From Selaginella moellendorffii (lineage: Eukaryota > Plantae > Lycopodiophyta), in the NCBI RefSeq assembly GCF_000143415.4, contig NW_003314423.1, positions 12,011-76,010 on the forward strand: a DNA stretch of 64,000 bases, in the 5' to 3' direction. The notes beneath the pieces were generated by a model, which was not told the DNA's origin, made no database searches, and worked only from the letters and a program-made list of their open reading frames with translations. The position numbers and the translations under genes are program-made. This document shows, one piece after another, positions 24,493 through 38,000 of this stretch; the first letter of the stretch is position 1, and every line of letters begins with the position of its first letter.

Positions 24493-25640
24493 TGTAGCGA
24501 ACGTGGTTTTAACCCTTTATCCTATGGTGATTTACCATAGGATAACACCACGAAGCGGAACCTAAACCCTCTTTGTGCCACGTGACAGATGCCACGTGTC
24601 ACATGCCACGTGTCCATGCCACGTGTCCATAGGAACCCGAAGTTCAGGGCCTTGGGCCACTGAACGAAGGAACGGTGCCAAACTCCCAAGCACGAAGCCA
24701 AGGAGTGACGGAACCGAACCACGGAACAACTCCCGAGCATAAAGCCCAAGGAGCGAAGGGACAGGAGCCCGGAGCGACTTGGAACAGTCCTGGAGCAACT
24801 AGCATCCCAATGCCAGGACCAGCACACAAAACGGAGCCAAACAGAGTCTGGTGCTATTTCGGCATACCGGTGGCCTAACGTGAGGACATGGGTACTCCAC
24901 CAACTAGCATGGAATGGAACTTGGGCTTAGACCCAAGCCGGACGCAGAACAAGGACAGGCACGCAAGCGGGAGCTAGACTATGCCTCAGGTTGGTCGGCC
25001 ATGCCCGATCTACCCACTATCCCTACTATACATTTGGAACCCCCCACAGCCCCCCCCCCCCTGAGGAACACACGCTTTGGGCTTTCACCCTAAGCCTCCC
25101 TTAGTATCAGGAGTTAGTCTCTGGGACAAGCTCGAAACTTACTAAATATGGAATGTCCCTAGATTGCGAATTTGGACATGGGACGAACACCATTGTGTTC
25201 AGGACGATCTCTACATTCCGTAGATATGCCAAATGAGCGAATCTGGACACTTTCCATAAATAGCATTTGGGACCGAAATGAGACTAACACAAAGGGCATG
25301 ATAGCGAGGGTGTTTGGCAGACACGGTAAGCTATCATGTAGCGATATTGAGGGACCAATCTCAATACGCGAGGGTTCTTGTCAAGCCAGTGCAAGACAGA
25401 GCAAAAGAGAACTAACAAGCCGGGCCAAGTATGCTCAGCTCAATAGACACTTAGGAATTCCTTCCTTATGCTCATCCGGCCAAGTACAGATGCAAAGTCC
25501 AGTTTACTAACACTTGAACAAGAGGGGCCGATAAAAGGAACCAGCAATACCGACCTCTTGCCATCGTGGCAGTAAGGTAAGAGTGTCTGTAAGGACTAGT
25601 CGACAGGTAACTTTCGATACCCGAAGTCACATTCGCGACA
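24493..25640 (-). repeat. 3' LTR of element 24493-31780
   Basis: About 99% identical to 30633-31780 (12 transitions counted by eye). Confidence 0.95.
24577..24627. promoter_or_regulatory. Four tandem G-box/ABRE motifs in the LTR (also 30717-30767)
   Basis: gccacgtgac, then gccacgtgtc three times at 13-14 bp spacing. Confidence 0.6.
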
Positions 25641-28600
25641 CTCTCCCCCCCTAGGGAAGATCGACGTCCTCGTCGATGCATACTCGAGTCTAGAATACTG
25701 CCAAGGAAACAACTCCAGAAAAAGTTCACGGTACTCACACTATGTGAGAAATGCACCAACTTAAATGAGTTAGGAGGCAACCTCTTTGTCTAACGCGGAT
25801 GCGCTACCAGCTCAGACACCTTCCGGCCGTCGCCGACAAGGAAATGACCAACGGAGTCAGCCACCCTTGCTGCTCTGGGAGTCACCCAGCTTACAAAAGT
25901 GTGATATGCCCCTGCCCACAGGAACATAGAGAGAGAAGCCAGAGGCCCCAACCCTCCTAAGCAAAGAAACCAAACCCATCGGTAAGGTTTAGATAGACTA
26001 CTGTAAACAGGCAGTTAGAGTTGTTTACACGGTCACGCCCTTTCAACGGAATAAGGAACATCAACAAAGAGGCGGGTTATGTGACTAGTCGACAGTAGCT
26101 ACCCCATGACTAGAGATTTCAACATGCACACGAAGTGCCGAAGCCAGTCTGCCTTTACTGGCCCAAACTCAAAGATCAATAGATGGACAATATCAAAATC
26201 AGAGACAATGATATCTTAGAAGCTGAATTATCAGTGATTATATCTTAGATTAGAACACAAAAGTATTCCAAGTAAGTTATCATCTGATAAACTAGTAGTA
26301 TAGTGCAGGAACCACCAAGATCATCATAATTGGAAAACATAGGATTCACTATCCAACAAAATTCAATAGCTAGTGTATCATCAAGAACACTTAATGAAAA
26401 AACATAACTATCAAAGATAGCAGACAGTAAGCCAACAACTTACTAGAGATAACTCAAAGAACACAAAGTATCATTGACTGACAGGCACAATGCTCGCGAA
26501 TGTATCACCCGAAGGAAATAACATCCCAACCTATCAGAACTAACTCGAGCAATAATCAACAGAACAGAATGAATGCGGTAAGACCAACAAACACCCATTC
26601 ATGCCAACTATCACACTAGCCAATCCAAATAAATCCCAGCCAACAACACCAAGGAACTCAAGTTGCCTAAGCAAGTGTTAGCAACATCCTTTTGATGTCT
26701 CAAACCCAAGAGACCAATCCAGAGCAAATCACAAAAAACATGTGATATTGCAAAAAGCCACAAGCCATCAAAGAGAACAACTAACTATCACGAAAGATCA
26801 TCAATCATCCCATCAATAAAGAGATGCATAATTATCGTCTAAGAAAGAATCCACTATCTCAAAGAGCAGCGAATCATTCTATATCAACAACAACCAAGCA
26901 AAACCCTTGACAAGGATAATCAACTATCTTAGATGATAATTAATCATCACCAATGATTGCCAGATGCAAATATTAACTTTATCGAAGCTAACAAGCCAAA
27001 ATGCCCTCCCCAACAACTTCTAACAAATGGAACAACGAGCATAAAGCTCAAAGAACCAAAAGCTCGAAGAAGTCTATAGCTAAATCTTTCCTAACAATGA
27101 TCACAAGTTTCGCATGAACTAACTTCAATGCTAAAGAAGAAATTATAGTTCAACCCACAATATCCTCCTCAACACATCCATAAGCTAAACTTCATAATGC
27201 TAAGCTAATGAAGAGCATGTCTGCATCAATCCAAAAGCTAAGCATAACGAAGCTATGCTGGACAAGTGATCACCAAACGATCCTCCATGAATCCATCCAT
27301 AGCAAGACGTAACTCACTTCATAACAAACACAAAAAGAATCATCAATGATCAATATATTTCAACTAAAATCCCATAAGGATTCAAATATTCCAATATTGA
27401 TCCCTAACTCTCCCATTTGTAGAGTTAGCATAGTCCATGACTAAATCACTTTTCAAGGAAAAGCCAAAGCTCAACCCCTACTAAATAACCTCGTCTAGAA
27501 CACAACTAATTCAAACTTGTCATTCCGCTTGTTTGAACGTCAACACAGTTGCTAACTAGCAAATGCACGAATGCCAATAACACAAAGCCATAGCCAAATC
27601 ATTAACACTATTTTCATCGAGACTAATGAAACGCAATATCAATCCTAAGGATAGACATTTCATTTCACTTGAATCTCAACGTCAATAATATCAATGACAA
27701 GGCATCACCTCAATGCCATCAACATCAGAACAAAGCTAAAAGAAAGCAAGAGTGAATCACCACTCAAAACTCTCTTGCAACCAAGCTAATGAAAGTCGAA
27801 GATACTTTAGTCAGTATCCGAGATTAGTTCTTCAACATTACTCAGGTACAGATAACACTTCCTCAAGGAGTGCATCACCACATCCAAGACTCAATGAAAT
27901 CCAACACTATGAACTAAACGCAACCAAATAATACCAACAGAGGTAGAGTCGACATGCCAACATGGAAAACCCATGTAAGTCAAATGACACGATCCTCCGC
28001 AATACCATCCGGTAAAGTAAACCCATCACTGCTAAATCTTCATCAAGCGAAGCAAGTGTCCAAAGCCCTTGACAAAGTCTACAAGCAATCACTAGTTGCA
28101 AAGCAACCAACAATCACTTGTCTTGCTTTTCACAAGACCCAAACACTAACTCATGCCATTGAGTTACACACTTGTCCAACATGAACGTAATACCCCAAAT
28201 ATGAGATAAAGGTTCATGGACAAGCACAAACTAAATGACCACTCGAATCCAACTCAACCGCGATAAGCTCACCAATGCATTTAGCCACTAGCTCTGAGCA
28301 TGCCTTGAAGAGGCTAGCTATGCATGACCAACACTTAGCCGAAACTAAAGTGAAGACCATGAGATGGACTCATATTGGTACACAACCTCCTCATAGACAA
28401 AGCTACAGTATGGGTACCAACATCTCAAACTCAAACAACTAAGTTGAACATCACCATCCTCAGCCAAGGCACAGGGCCACCAAGACCAAGTCAAGATCAG
28501 TGAGAGCTCACTACTCTCATAGAGTCTAACAAAATGCAAAGTGCAACCTGCCACCAAGCATAACGCTACAAAAGAAAGGCACAAGGGTCACCTTTCTAGA

Positions 28601-30632
28601 AAAGTGCAACGGCCACTTTTCTACACTAACTCCAGACTCTATCCAACTCAATTGCCTTAGCCCCAAAAGTCAGCATCCCTTTCAGGCCGCATCATACAAA
28701 CTACATACTAAGGTTTAAGCCAACCGAAGTCAACTCCAACCCCTTCACTAGTTTGTACTGGCTTACGAAAACGGAATGGTTTTCGGACAAAGTGATAACA
28801 GATCAGCTATTGGAAAAGTCTAAGAAAATTTGTGGAAAATTTCCATCCTAGAAAAAGAATGACTTTCAGTCCAGGAATACAAACTTTCAAGACTCAACCA
28901 ACTTCCTCCTACTAACAACTTCACATAGGTTCACCTCAACACAAATGCTCATGACCCATAGTATGCTTAAGCCTCGAACATCTTTTTGCCCATTCTTTCG
29001 ACATTCAACACTGATATCCGTAAAAATGCAAATGGAATATCCAAGGCTTGATCACGAAGACCACATCTTCGGATATCCACATTGCACTAACATTGTTCTT
29101 CAATCACCTTCAAGATCCCATGTGAAGCTAAAACACTAACAAGAAAAAATGACATGGAAAATCAAGCTCTAAGGAAAATTCCTCATTACTCGAAGTAACA
29201 ATGCCACTTCCACTAACACAAGTGCTAGTGATGTCAATGCCCCAACTACACACCTTCTCCATCCAACAATCTACTCCAAGTGCTAACGGATCAACTAATG
29301 AGCTATAGCAAATGCTACAACCCTTTCCAACACCACAATGGGCAAACTCAAGGAACTAAGGAATCAACTTAAGCTTAGCATAATGGACCACCATTAAGAA
29401 TCCAGTCAAAGCTACTACAATGCTACTTCGTGCAAGTAGACTTAGCTTCACCATCAACAACTTTCTGGTTGATCATCGTTTAACCAAGCAACTTCGTAAA
29501 CACATTGCTCATTATCACATGGATATGATATAGAAATCACAATGACTTGATCATCAATTGAGCAACACCACGAGCAATGCCAATGTTATTACTTCAAAGG
29601 TTTATGTGAGTATCAAGTGCTAACTCAATTCGACAAAATGCAACATAAATGCCACACTCCACCGATAGAGACTTACAACACCCAACATCACTAACTTTTG
29701 TTCACTACATGGACAAGCTTATGCCACTCTCTTTCCGAACAAACTCAAAACTTAATCCAACACCAAGCTACTCAAGGAGCAATAGCAAGGTTCCTCAGAA
29801 AAGAATTGAGCATTGCAACCCAAGTCTTTCAATAGCAAGCCTAGACAAAATGGTTTAGCGCTTCACCGCTATCCATCCCATAACTCACCATTTGTAAGAC
29901 CATCATCTCCAAGATGCATCAAGGTAGGGACTCTTGATTGCATGATGTGAACACGAGCAATGAGTCACCCCTCGTTGCAAACCATCTCTCCAAAAGAGAA
30001 GATGATTTACGTGTTTGATCCTTCGTCCCCGACGACTCTCTTTTCGGTCTCATCTTTGACTACACTTCAAGCTTGCGTTCGCACTGCCTTCAGTCCAATC
30101 CAAGAAAAGTTTATAAGAGAGCACGGCAATGATTACTTGAACCAATAGACTAATCCCTACAGTCTTGATTGATCCACTTGTAATCATGCCTAGGAAGGAT
30201 CTACTAGTGCCGTGCTAAATAGCTACGGACCAGCCTATTTGCCACTCATAGCAAACTCAAGGAAGGTTTGCTCTTACCCACGGTACATGGAACAACTCAT
30301 GGAACCACTCGAACAACTCATGGAACCACTGAGAGGCTAACATTAATCCTGCCAACTCAAAGTGTAACCTTAAGTTGCTAATGTGCCTCACTCACGAGCC
30401 CAAGCGTAAACTCGTGTAACCGGAACAACTCAATCCCTTTTGTGAGCCCAAGCTCAAGCTCACAGAATATGGTACAAAAGGTAACCAAAACCATACCCAA
30501 GGAACGAATGTGAACCCTTTGCACCAAACGTGTACCCACTCGGATCATCGTTTTCATCTCTGCGTATGCAACGAGACTAGTTGCCCAATCTCATTGAATA
30601 GTACTCGCTGAGACTCATCCTCTGATACCAAA

Positions 30633-31780
30633 TGTAGCGAACGTGGTTTTAACCCTTTATCCTATGGTGATTTACCATAGGATAACACCACGAAGCGGAA
30701 CCTAAACCCTCTTTGTGCCACGTGACAGATGCCACGTGTCACATGCCACGTGTCCATGCCACGTGTCCATAGGAACCCGAAGTTCAGGGCCTTGGGCCAC
30801 TGAACGAAGGAACGGTGCCAAACTCCCAAGCACGAAGCCAAGGAGTGACGGAACCGAACCACGGAACAACTCCCGAGCATAAAGCCCAAGGAGCGAAGGG
30901 ACAGGAGCCCGAAGCGACTTGGAACAGTCCTGGAGCAACCAGCATCCCAATGCCAGGACCAGCACACAAAACGGAGCCAAACAGAGTCTGGCGCTATTTC
31001 GGCATACCGGTGGCCTAACGTGAGGACATGGGTACTCCACCAACTAACATGGAATGGAACTTGGGCTTAGACCCAAGCCGGACGTAGAACAAGGACAGGC
31101 ACGCAAGCGGGAGCTAGACTATGCCTCAGGTTGGTCGGCCATGCCCGACCTACCCACTATCCCTACTATACATTTGGAACCCCCCACAGCCCCCCCCCCC
31201 TTGAGGAACACACACTTTGGGCTTTCACCCCAAGCCTCCCTTAGTATCAGGAGTTAGTCTCTGGGACAAGCTCGAAACTTACTAAATATGGAATGTCCCT
31301 AGATTGCGAATTTGGACATGGGACGAACACCATTGTGTTCAGGACGATCTCTACATTCCGTAGATATGCCAAATGAGCGAATCTGGACACTTTCCATAAA
31401 TAGCATTTGGGACCGAAATGAGACTAACACAAAGGGCATGATAGCGAGGGTGTTTGGCAGACACGGTAAGCTATCATGTAGCGATATTGAGGGACCAATC
31501 TCAATACGCGAGGGTTCTTGTCAAGCCAGTGCAAGACAGAGCAAAAGAGAACTAACAAGCCGGGCCAAGTATGCTCAGCTCAATAGACACTTAGGAATTC
31601 CTTCCTTATGCTCATCCGGCCAAGTACAGATGCAAAGTCCAGTTTACTAACACTTGAACAAGAGGGGCCGATAAAAGGAACCAGCAATACCGACCTCCTG
31701 CCATCGTGGCAGTAAGGTAAGAGTGTCCGTAAGGACTAGTCAACAGGTAACTTTCGATACCCGAAGTCACATTCGCGACA
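30633..31780 (-). repeat. 5' LTR of element 24493-31780
   Basis: Adjacent to the tRNA-iMet PBS; matches 24493-25640. Confidence 0.95.
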
Positions 31781-33432
31781 TATACATACTTTTGGAACCC
31801 CCTACAGGTCCCCCCCTCCCCATTCGGACTCAAACTTGGACTCATATTCGACTTGGACTTGGTCTTGAAGTCAAATTCGGTCTCGATTTCGGTCTTGGTC
31901 TCATCTTGGGTCCATCTCGAATTCCATCTCAGGCTCCATCTTAGGTCCATCTTGGACTCCATCTCGGATCCATATCAGACTTCATATCGTACTCCATCTC
32001 AGGTCCATCTTGGACTCCATATCAAACTCTATCTCGAATCCATTTTAGACTCGTTTTTGACACTTCCATATGTCACAACACTTGCCATGTATCAATTCTT
32101 CTTGTGTTCCTTTTAGAAACTCATTCACTGATTGCTTCATGCTCATTTCTCGAGCATTTCGTTGGGAGTTCCATTCCCGCCCTTGACTTTTTAAGTCAGA
32201 GCTTTTAGTCAAAACGTGTTATGCTTATTTGGCTTCCACTTCGGCCATTACCAAAGCTCCACTTTGGGGCTTAGGGGTTTGTGTCTCACAACTCCACCAC
32301 CCATGGAAGAAGTTTGATGTCCTCATTAAATAATAAACCATTTTATAAAGTAACACCATCATATATTACCCTTTCTATCCTTGGTATAGTTTGACACTTA
32401 ATGCTTGCCATACCTTACACATCCTTCAAAAAGTATAATCTCTCCAACTAAGAGACTCATTATACCACTTGTGGTGGTTCTCTCTCTTCATTTGGTTTAG
32501 TTCTCACTAAACCCATTAAAGACACCTTTTCTATCTCAATCCAACTATTCCTTCTCGAGTAGTCTCAGTTTCGATCAACATAACTATCACCCTTTTGGAA
32601 CATTTAATTTTGACTTCTCAAAATTAATTTCTTGGGTGTCTCCAACACCTTGTATTACATATGTCGTGTAAACTCCACTTCCCTATCCTAGGAAGTTCTT
32701 TACTTGAGGACATCATCATCCTCTTTTCTATTTTGTGCCACTCTAGACACTAAATTCCACTTATCTATAATTTGTGTTAGAGTTGTCCATAGCCTTATCA
32801 TTTACCTATCTTGCCACTCCCTCTATTGGAGTTTTCGAGTTTGTCAAATTGGAACATTTGGGAATCCATCTTTATAAACATATTTCATTTCCTAGAATCC
32901 GTTAATATCCAATACATAAGTGTTCATTGCTTAACTTTGTTGTTTGGATTTCTTTTAATGAATCCCATAGCCTTTTCTTAGCCACTAGTTTTTTGCTCCT
33001 ATCCTTTGATTGTTGCACTAAACAATATAGAATCATTACTTCCACCTTTCGATTCCACAACAAAGGCTTTGTTTTGCCAAATCTAAAAGGTGTTCAAACC
33101 TAGTAGGACTCTTTAGCATTTTCTGTTGTGGGCTCTATCCATAACCGAACTTCATGACCCACCCACGGGTCGTTCCTTAGGGATTATTTTCTTGAACTCA
33201 TAATACCATTACATTGTTATAGTTCATTTCCCTTAGATATCCTTCCCATTTAGTCATTTTGACTAAGCCACACCATTACCAACAATTCAAATCAACACTT
33301 TGAACTAAGAACTTTATTCTTTAACTTCAAAAGAACTTTGTCTTTATTTAGCCGTAAAATCACCTAGTGATCTAGCCTTAACACTTTAACAAATTTACTA
33401 ATAGGTACTATGTATTGACCTTCAAGTTGTTA
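31781..33432 (-). mobile_element. Older decayed LTR retrotransposon fragment (LTR split by the 24493-31780 insertion, then pol remnants)
   Basis: LTR-like sequence ends in ..ctcaca at 32290, followed by a PPT complement (actccaccaccc) and degenerate pol-like sequence. Contains the same tttggaacccc motif and hexamer-like repeats as other local LTRs. Confidence 0.55.
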
Positions 33433-34181
33433 TGTAAACCACAAATTTTTCCTTTCCAATTTGCCAGCTTATCTTATCTATCCAACTAATACTGCCTTAG
33501 CCTTAATTAAGTTCCCTTGCCAAGGTTCTCACCTATTGTATCAGCTCCTACTTCGTCCTTGATTTCAGCTATTCCCTGCACAAACAACAGAGTGTTTGCT
33601 ATCTATCCACAAATTCCCAAATCTCTCCTAATCCCCCTCTCTGGGTTAGATTAGACTTAAGGTTCAACTACATTCTCCACAAGCAACCAAGCACACCAAG
33701 CCACCAGGTTCCTAACATCCCTTGGTACAACAAAACTTTATCATGGAACCCTAAGCTCTATTTCGTTAAAGTGGGAATTGTCATTATCCCACTTGTAAAA
33801 TAAGGTTTCCAAACCTTTATATAGTATATAAATATAACAAAATTCAACTGCATTGAGGCACATGCCATTTTATTTTAAACAAGGAAATGTCTACTCAATC
33901 ACTTCTCCTCCCCCTGCCACTGCTTCACCTCTCTCTTCTCCTTGTCATCGTCGTCCAATTTCTTTCCATCCTTTTAATATTGGCTCAGTTGCTCCGAGTC
34001 TAGGTGGAGCCCAAGTCCCCATTCAATCTTTACTTTCCCCTTATTAATAAAACAACTTCGTAGACTTCCAATAACATGCTGTAAATGCAAATCCTCTCAA
34101 AGAATTGTCTTTTAATATTAATACAATGGCATGGAACCCCATGCCACAATAAGTTACATTTTTAAATAAATACATGCCATC

Positions 34182-35031
34182 TCAGACTGTTATTTTTTGC
34201 CTCCAATGCCTATACAATAATCTTGGAATTTCATCACTCTCCACACTATCAGGATTTAAACCCAATAGTAATGCCATCTCTTCTCTAATACGTCCACACT
34301 CATGTTCAGTGGTCGAAGAACCCATCCGGTTGAGCAGATTATGGAGATGCGGATAGTGCTTGGCTAGACAATATACATGCCATAAATGATGACTGGTGTC
34401 TGTCCGATCAAATGGCTTCTGATATACTGTTCCATCTACCATTTGGTTGATTTCTGCAGCCACCTCCTGGATTGGCCGGTTCTCTATCACCATCGCTTCA
34501 AGCCGTTTTGCAAGGTCCCCCAGAACATACGGTTTCTTCTCCCTAGTTTCCATACTGCAAGAGATGGGGTGCACTGCATATGTGTGCGTGTTCGCTGCAG
34601 TTTTAATCGGCGAGTCATCGATGATGAGGATTTCACTTGACCTAGCAGTCCGGTTCATCACTACAGCCTCTGGCTTGACGAAGATGGGCTTGCTACCCCT
34701 CACATGGACCATAGTCAAGCAATCCTCCTGCGTTAGGAGAAAGTCAAATGGTAATATTACTCGCGTCTGATCGTGCATCATCTGTAGCAACGTTAATGCA
34801 TTGTGGCGCATCATGGATGTCCAAACTTCCAATTGCAAATTGAACCCGGCCCTCTGTTTTAAGTGTCGCATGGTCATTATTAGATCCCGCAGTTTCTCCC
34901 GTGTGATTAATGTGAATCTGTCTCTTTTGACCAACTTGCGACCGCAGGCTTTGGAGGGTGCAGTGACATTCGAGGACGAGCCACGCTCATGGGAGAAAAG
35001 GACACCGTTCAGATCAAAAACGATACAGTAC
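34182..35031 (-). CDS. FCP1/NIF-like HAD phosphatase domain (last exon of the cargo gene)
   Basis: FDLNGVL motif just upstream of and in frame with the 250-aa ORF; later LEVWTSMM and IIDDSPIK motifs. Confidence 0.7.
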
Positions 35032-38000
35032 TTTCACCGTGACTCTGAAATGAAATGCGTCAGCATAAAAAATGGTACAAGTCAATTTTACCATCTACAA
35101 TATTAGCGAATGGTGCTCCCGATGGTCGTTTAGAGGGTTTTGGTCGAGGAAACGTGAAGGGCGGAAATACTCTCCTCTGCAATGTGGGGTCAATCGCATC
35201 CGATGGCGTGTGGGCACATGCCATTTCAGCTGTAGACTCTGGTACAACTGGCTCAACAGTGGCATGGGGTGGTTCCGATGGCGTGTGATCACACGCCATT
35301 TCAGCTGGTGCCTCCGTTGGCAAAGTGGACATGACCGAACAGGCAGCAGGGGCGGTGTAGGGAGGTTCCAACGGCGCGTAGTCAGACGATTGGGCACACG
35401 TTGGAAATGAGGATACGACCGGCTTGGCGGCTGGGGCGGCCTCATGCGGGTCCAATGGCGCCTGGTCACCGTCAGTTGGATACGTGGACAAGATTGACTC
35501 AGTGGTATGGGCAGCATCAAGTGGAGCGTGGTCAGCTTGCTTGGCGTTGATATGGATAGTAGCCTCCACCAGCTCTGATGACTCTTGCAGGCAAGTAGAG
35601 TCCACTGGCGGATCCATATGCATGTCCAAATATCTCCCTTCGATTGAGATGGTATCCTCCCGTGCTACTAAAAACAAACTCATTAGCACATTGAATCGAC
35701 TATACTGTATTTACCATCAACTGCTATTGAGGAACTAGGACCGATATCACTTGGGCGCACTGCTGATTCTGAAGGATTGGACATACGTTTCGACCCTTGC
35801 TTGGCACTATCCTTCCTCGACACTAAAGGCTAGAGTTTGTATCTTAATTCAACTGAATAATCTCTACTTACCATTTCTTCTGCGACCTACATGGACAATG
35901 TTAGAAATGGTAAAAGGTTAGGAATGGATGTACTATTATTTACCTGATGGTTTGTCTTGTATGACCTTCCTCCGCTGCTCTTTGGCCACCTCAGGCTGGC
36001 CATCGTCGTCATCATCGTCATTGTCGTTATTGTGATCGTCACCATTGTGAGGACCATCCAAGTCCTCTTCGTCCTCCTCTTCTTCATCCTCCTCTTCTTC
36101 GTCCTCCTCTTCTTTGTCCTCCTCTTCGTCCTTCTGCTCTTCCTGCTCATTATCTTTCTCTGGCTCCTCATCCCCCTCCTACATTTCTTCCATAGGCTGC
36201 TCAGGCTGGATGGCTTGTTTTTCCAGGACCATCTTGCGAAAATCATCTGGCCGAGTCTCCATCTCAAAATACAAGACATCCATAGCCTGTTTTAGTGCGT
36301 GACCTAGGACCGTATCCTCACCCGACTATCTTAACATGGTTTCTGCACGTTCTTGCACCCTTCGAAGACGACGAGATGAGAAAAACGTGGCCCTGACTTG
36401 AAAAGCATCCCTCATCCATTGTACCTCTCTATTGAGATTGGGGAAGGGGAGTCCGCCATAGGAATTTGAGTCAGAAGGTGGTGATTGGCTCCTTTCACTC
36501 AGCCCTTGATCTGCAATGAATGGCATGAGCACACACGCCATAACCGCGAGGCATTACCTATCATCTTTTCGTTGCCCTTCTTCCTTTTCGAATCAAACGC
36601 CTCTGATCCCGACGACTATCCAACATGCTTTCGCTTTTTATGACCACTGTCAGTTTGAGCTTGGCTGGTGCTTGCCTGTTTTGCCTTTGAAGAAGTGTCT
36701 CCTGCAAGGAATGGCATGAGACCACACGCTATTGCAAATATAATTTGTACCTCCTTTTTTCCTATTGCTTGTCTGTTTGTCCTTCTTCGACACGCCACCA
36801 GTGCGCTTTTCAGTCCTCGTGTCTGAATATTCACAACGATCTATAATCAAAATGGCGTGAGGCCTCACGTGACCTTACCTTGTGCAGGTTGTGAGCTCGG
36901 CCTAACATCAGTAGCTGTTAACGCCGTTTCAGCATCTGGGGGTGGCCACGCTCCTGCATACAGAGCTTGTGAAATAACATTTAAACTTAAAGTGCGTACT
37001 CACCAGGTTTGTAGAGAAGATACTGTTTTTCTATGGCAACTGTAATTATATGCTCCATTGAAGTCACCTCTTCAATGGAGTTTGTCACCGCAACACACGG
37101 GACACCCTTGAGTAGTGCGGCTCGAAAGAATAGTCCGCCGCAGTTGTACTCGACAACGCATTTGCCCTTGGAGTCACCTGCTATTGCGTTGAAGACCCAG
37201 CTGAGCATTTCCCATGCTGCACCTGGAGCTTTCTTTGGATTCGAAAGCTCCATAGCCGTCTTCAGTTCCTCAGGCACGGGTAAATTGACCTCCCTCAGAT
37301 CAATTCGATCGGCTTTGTTGAACGAAGCTGGGAAGTCACTCCAGTCCCACTCTGCTGCAGGACCAATAACAAGGGCGAGTGTGAAGATGCGGACATTCGT
37401 CGGTATCTTCTTCTTAGCCATTATCCCATGGATCTCCCGCATCTCCTTGCCTTTCAACCGAGCCTTCACCTCGTTCAAGGCCTTCCAGAACTTGTGATAG
37501 GATTCGGAGTCGTAGATCATATAGTGGACTGAAGATTCCACCTCCGCAAGTCCCACCATTAAGTCAATGATGGAGCTGACTTCGTCTGCATGAGTGATCT
37601 CCTCATTTGTGAAGTCCATCACACAAAAGATGTTCTTGACCTGCTCATCTACGCGGGAAACGATGCTCCTCCACCTTTGATCCTCATCCGAATTCACGTA
37701 TACCTGGTAAGGTTCTCGATAGGCCTCTGCTGCGGGGTCGAGCTGTTTCTAAAGCCGGTGGTCGACATCCCTCTTAATGAAATTTGGATACTGATCCAAC
37801 TTCTCAGCTTTACTTTTCATGGCATCCCGCAGCAGATCGATGAACTTGGGGGCCCCCTTCACGTAGTCGTCGATGTCTTCATTTGACAACTCCAGCTCTT
37901 CCATCATCTCTTGCGTGGTGTCGATGCTCACCCTCGCCACGGCCACTTGCTCGAAGATCCAATCCTTCAATAGCGCACGAGCTCTCAGAGTCGTGCACAA

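Larger units (their letters stand above)
24493..31780 (-). mobile_element. Full-length non-autonomous (LARD-like) LTR retrotransposon
   Basis: 1148-bp TG..CA LTRs at 24493-25640 and 30633-31780; 5-bp TSD TATAC (24488-24492, 31781-31785); minus-strand PBS TGGTATCAGAG (~30620-30630) and PPT (25641-25652); no long internal ORF. Confidence 0.95.

Noticed and set aside
25172-25510. 112-aa ORF repeated identically at 31312-31650
   Set aside because: It lies in the LTR, starts at TTG, and its identity just reflects LTR duplication.
35957-36295. Very hydrophobic 112-aa ORF as a membrane protein
   Set aside because: It is the antisense shadow of the D/E-rich tract of the cargo gene.
35034-37751. In-frame stops repaired by U-to-C RNA editing
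   Set aside because: Such editing is organellar; methyl-C deamination in a nuclear TE is sufficient explanation.
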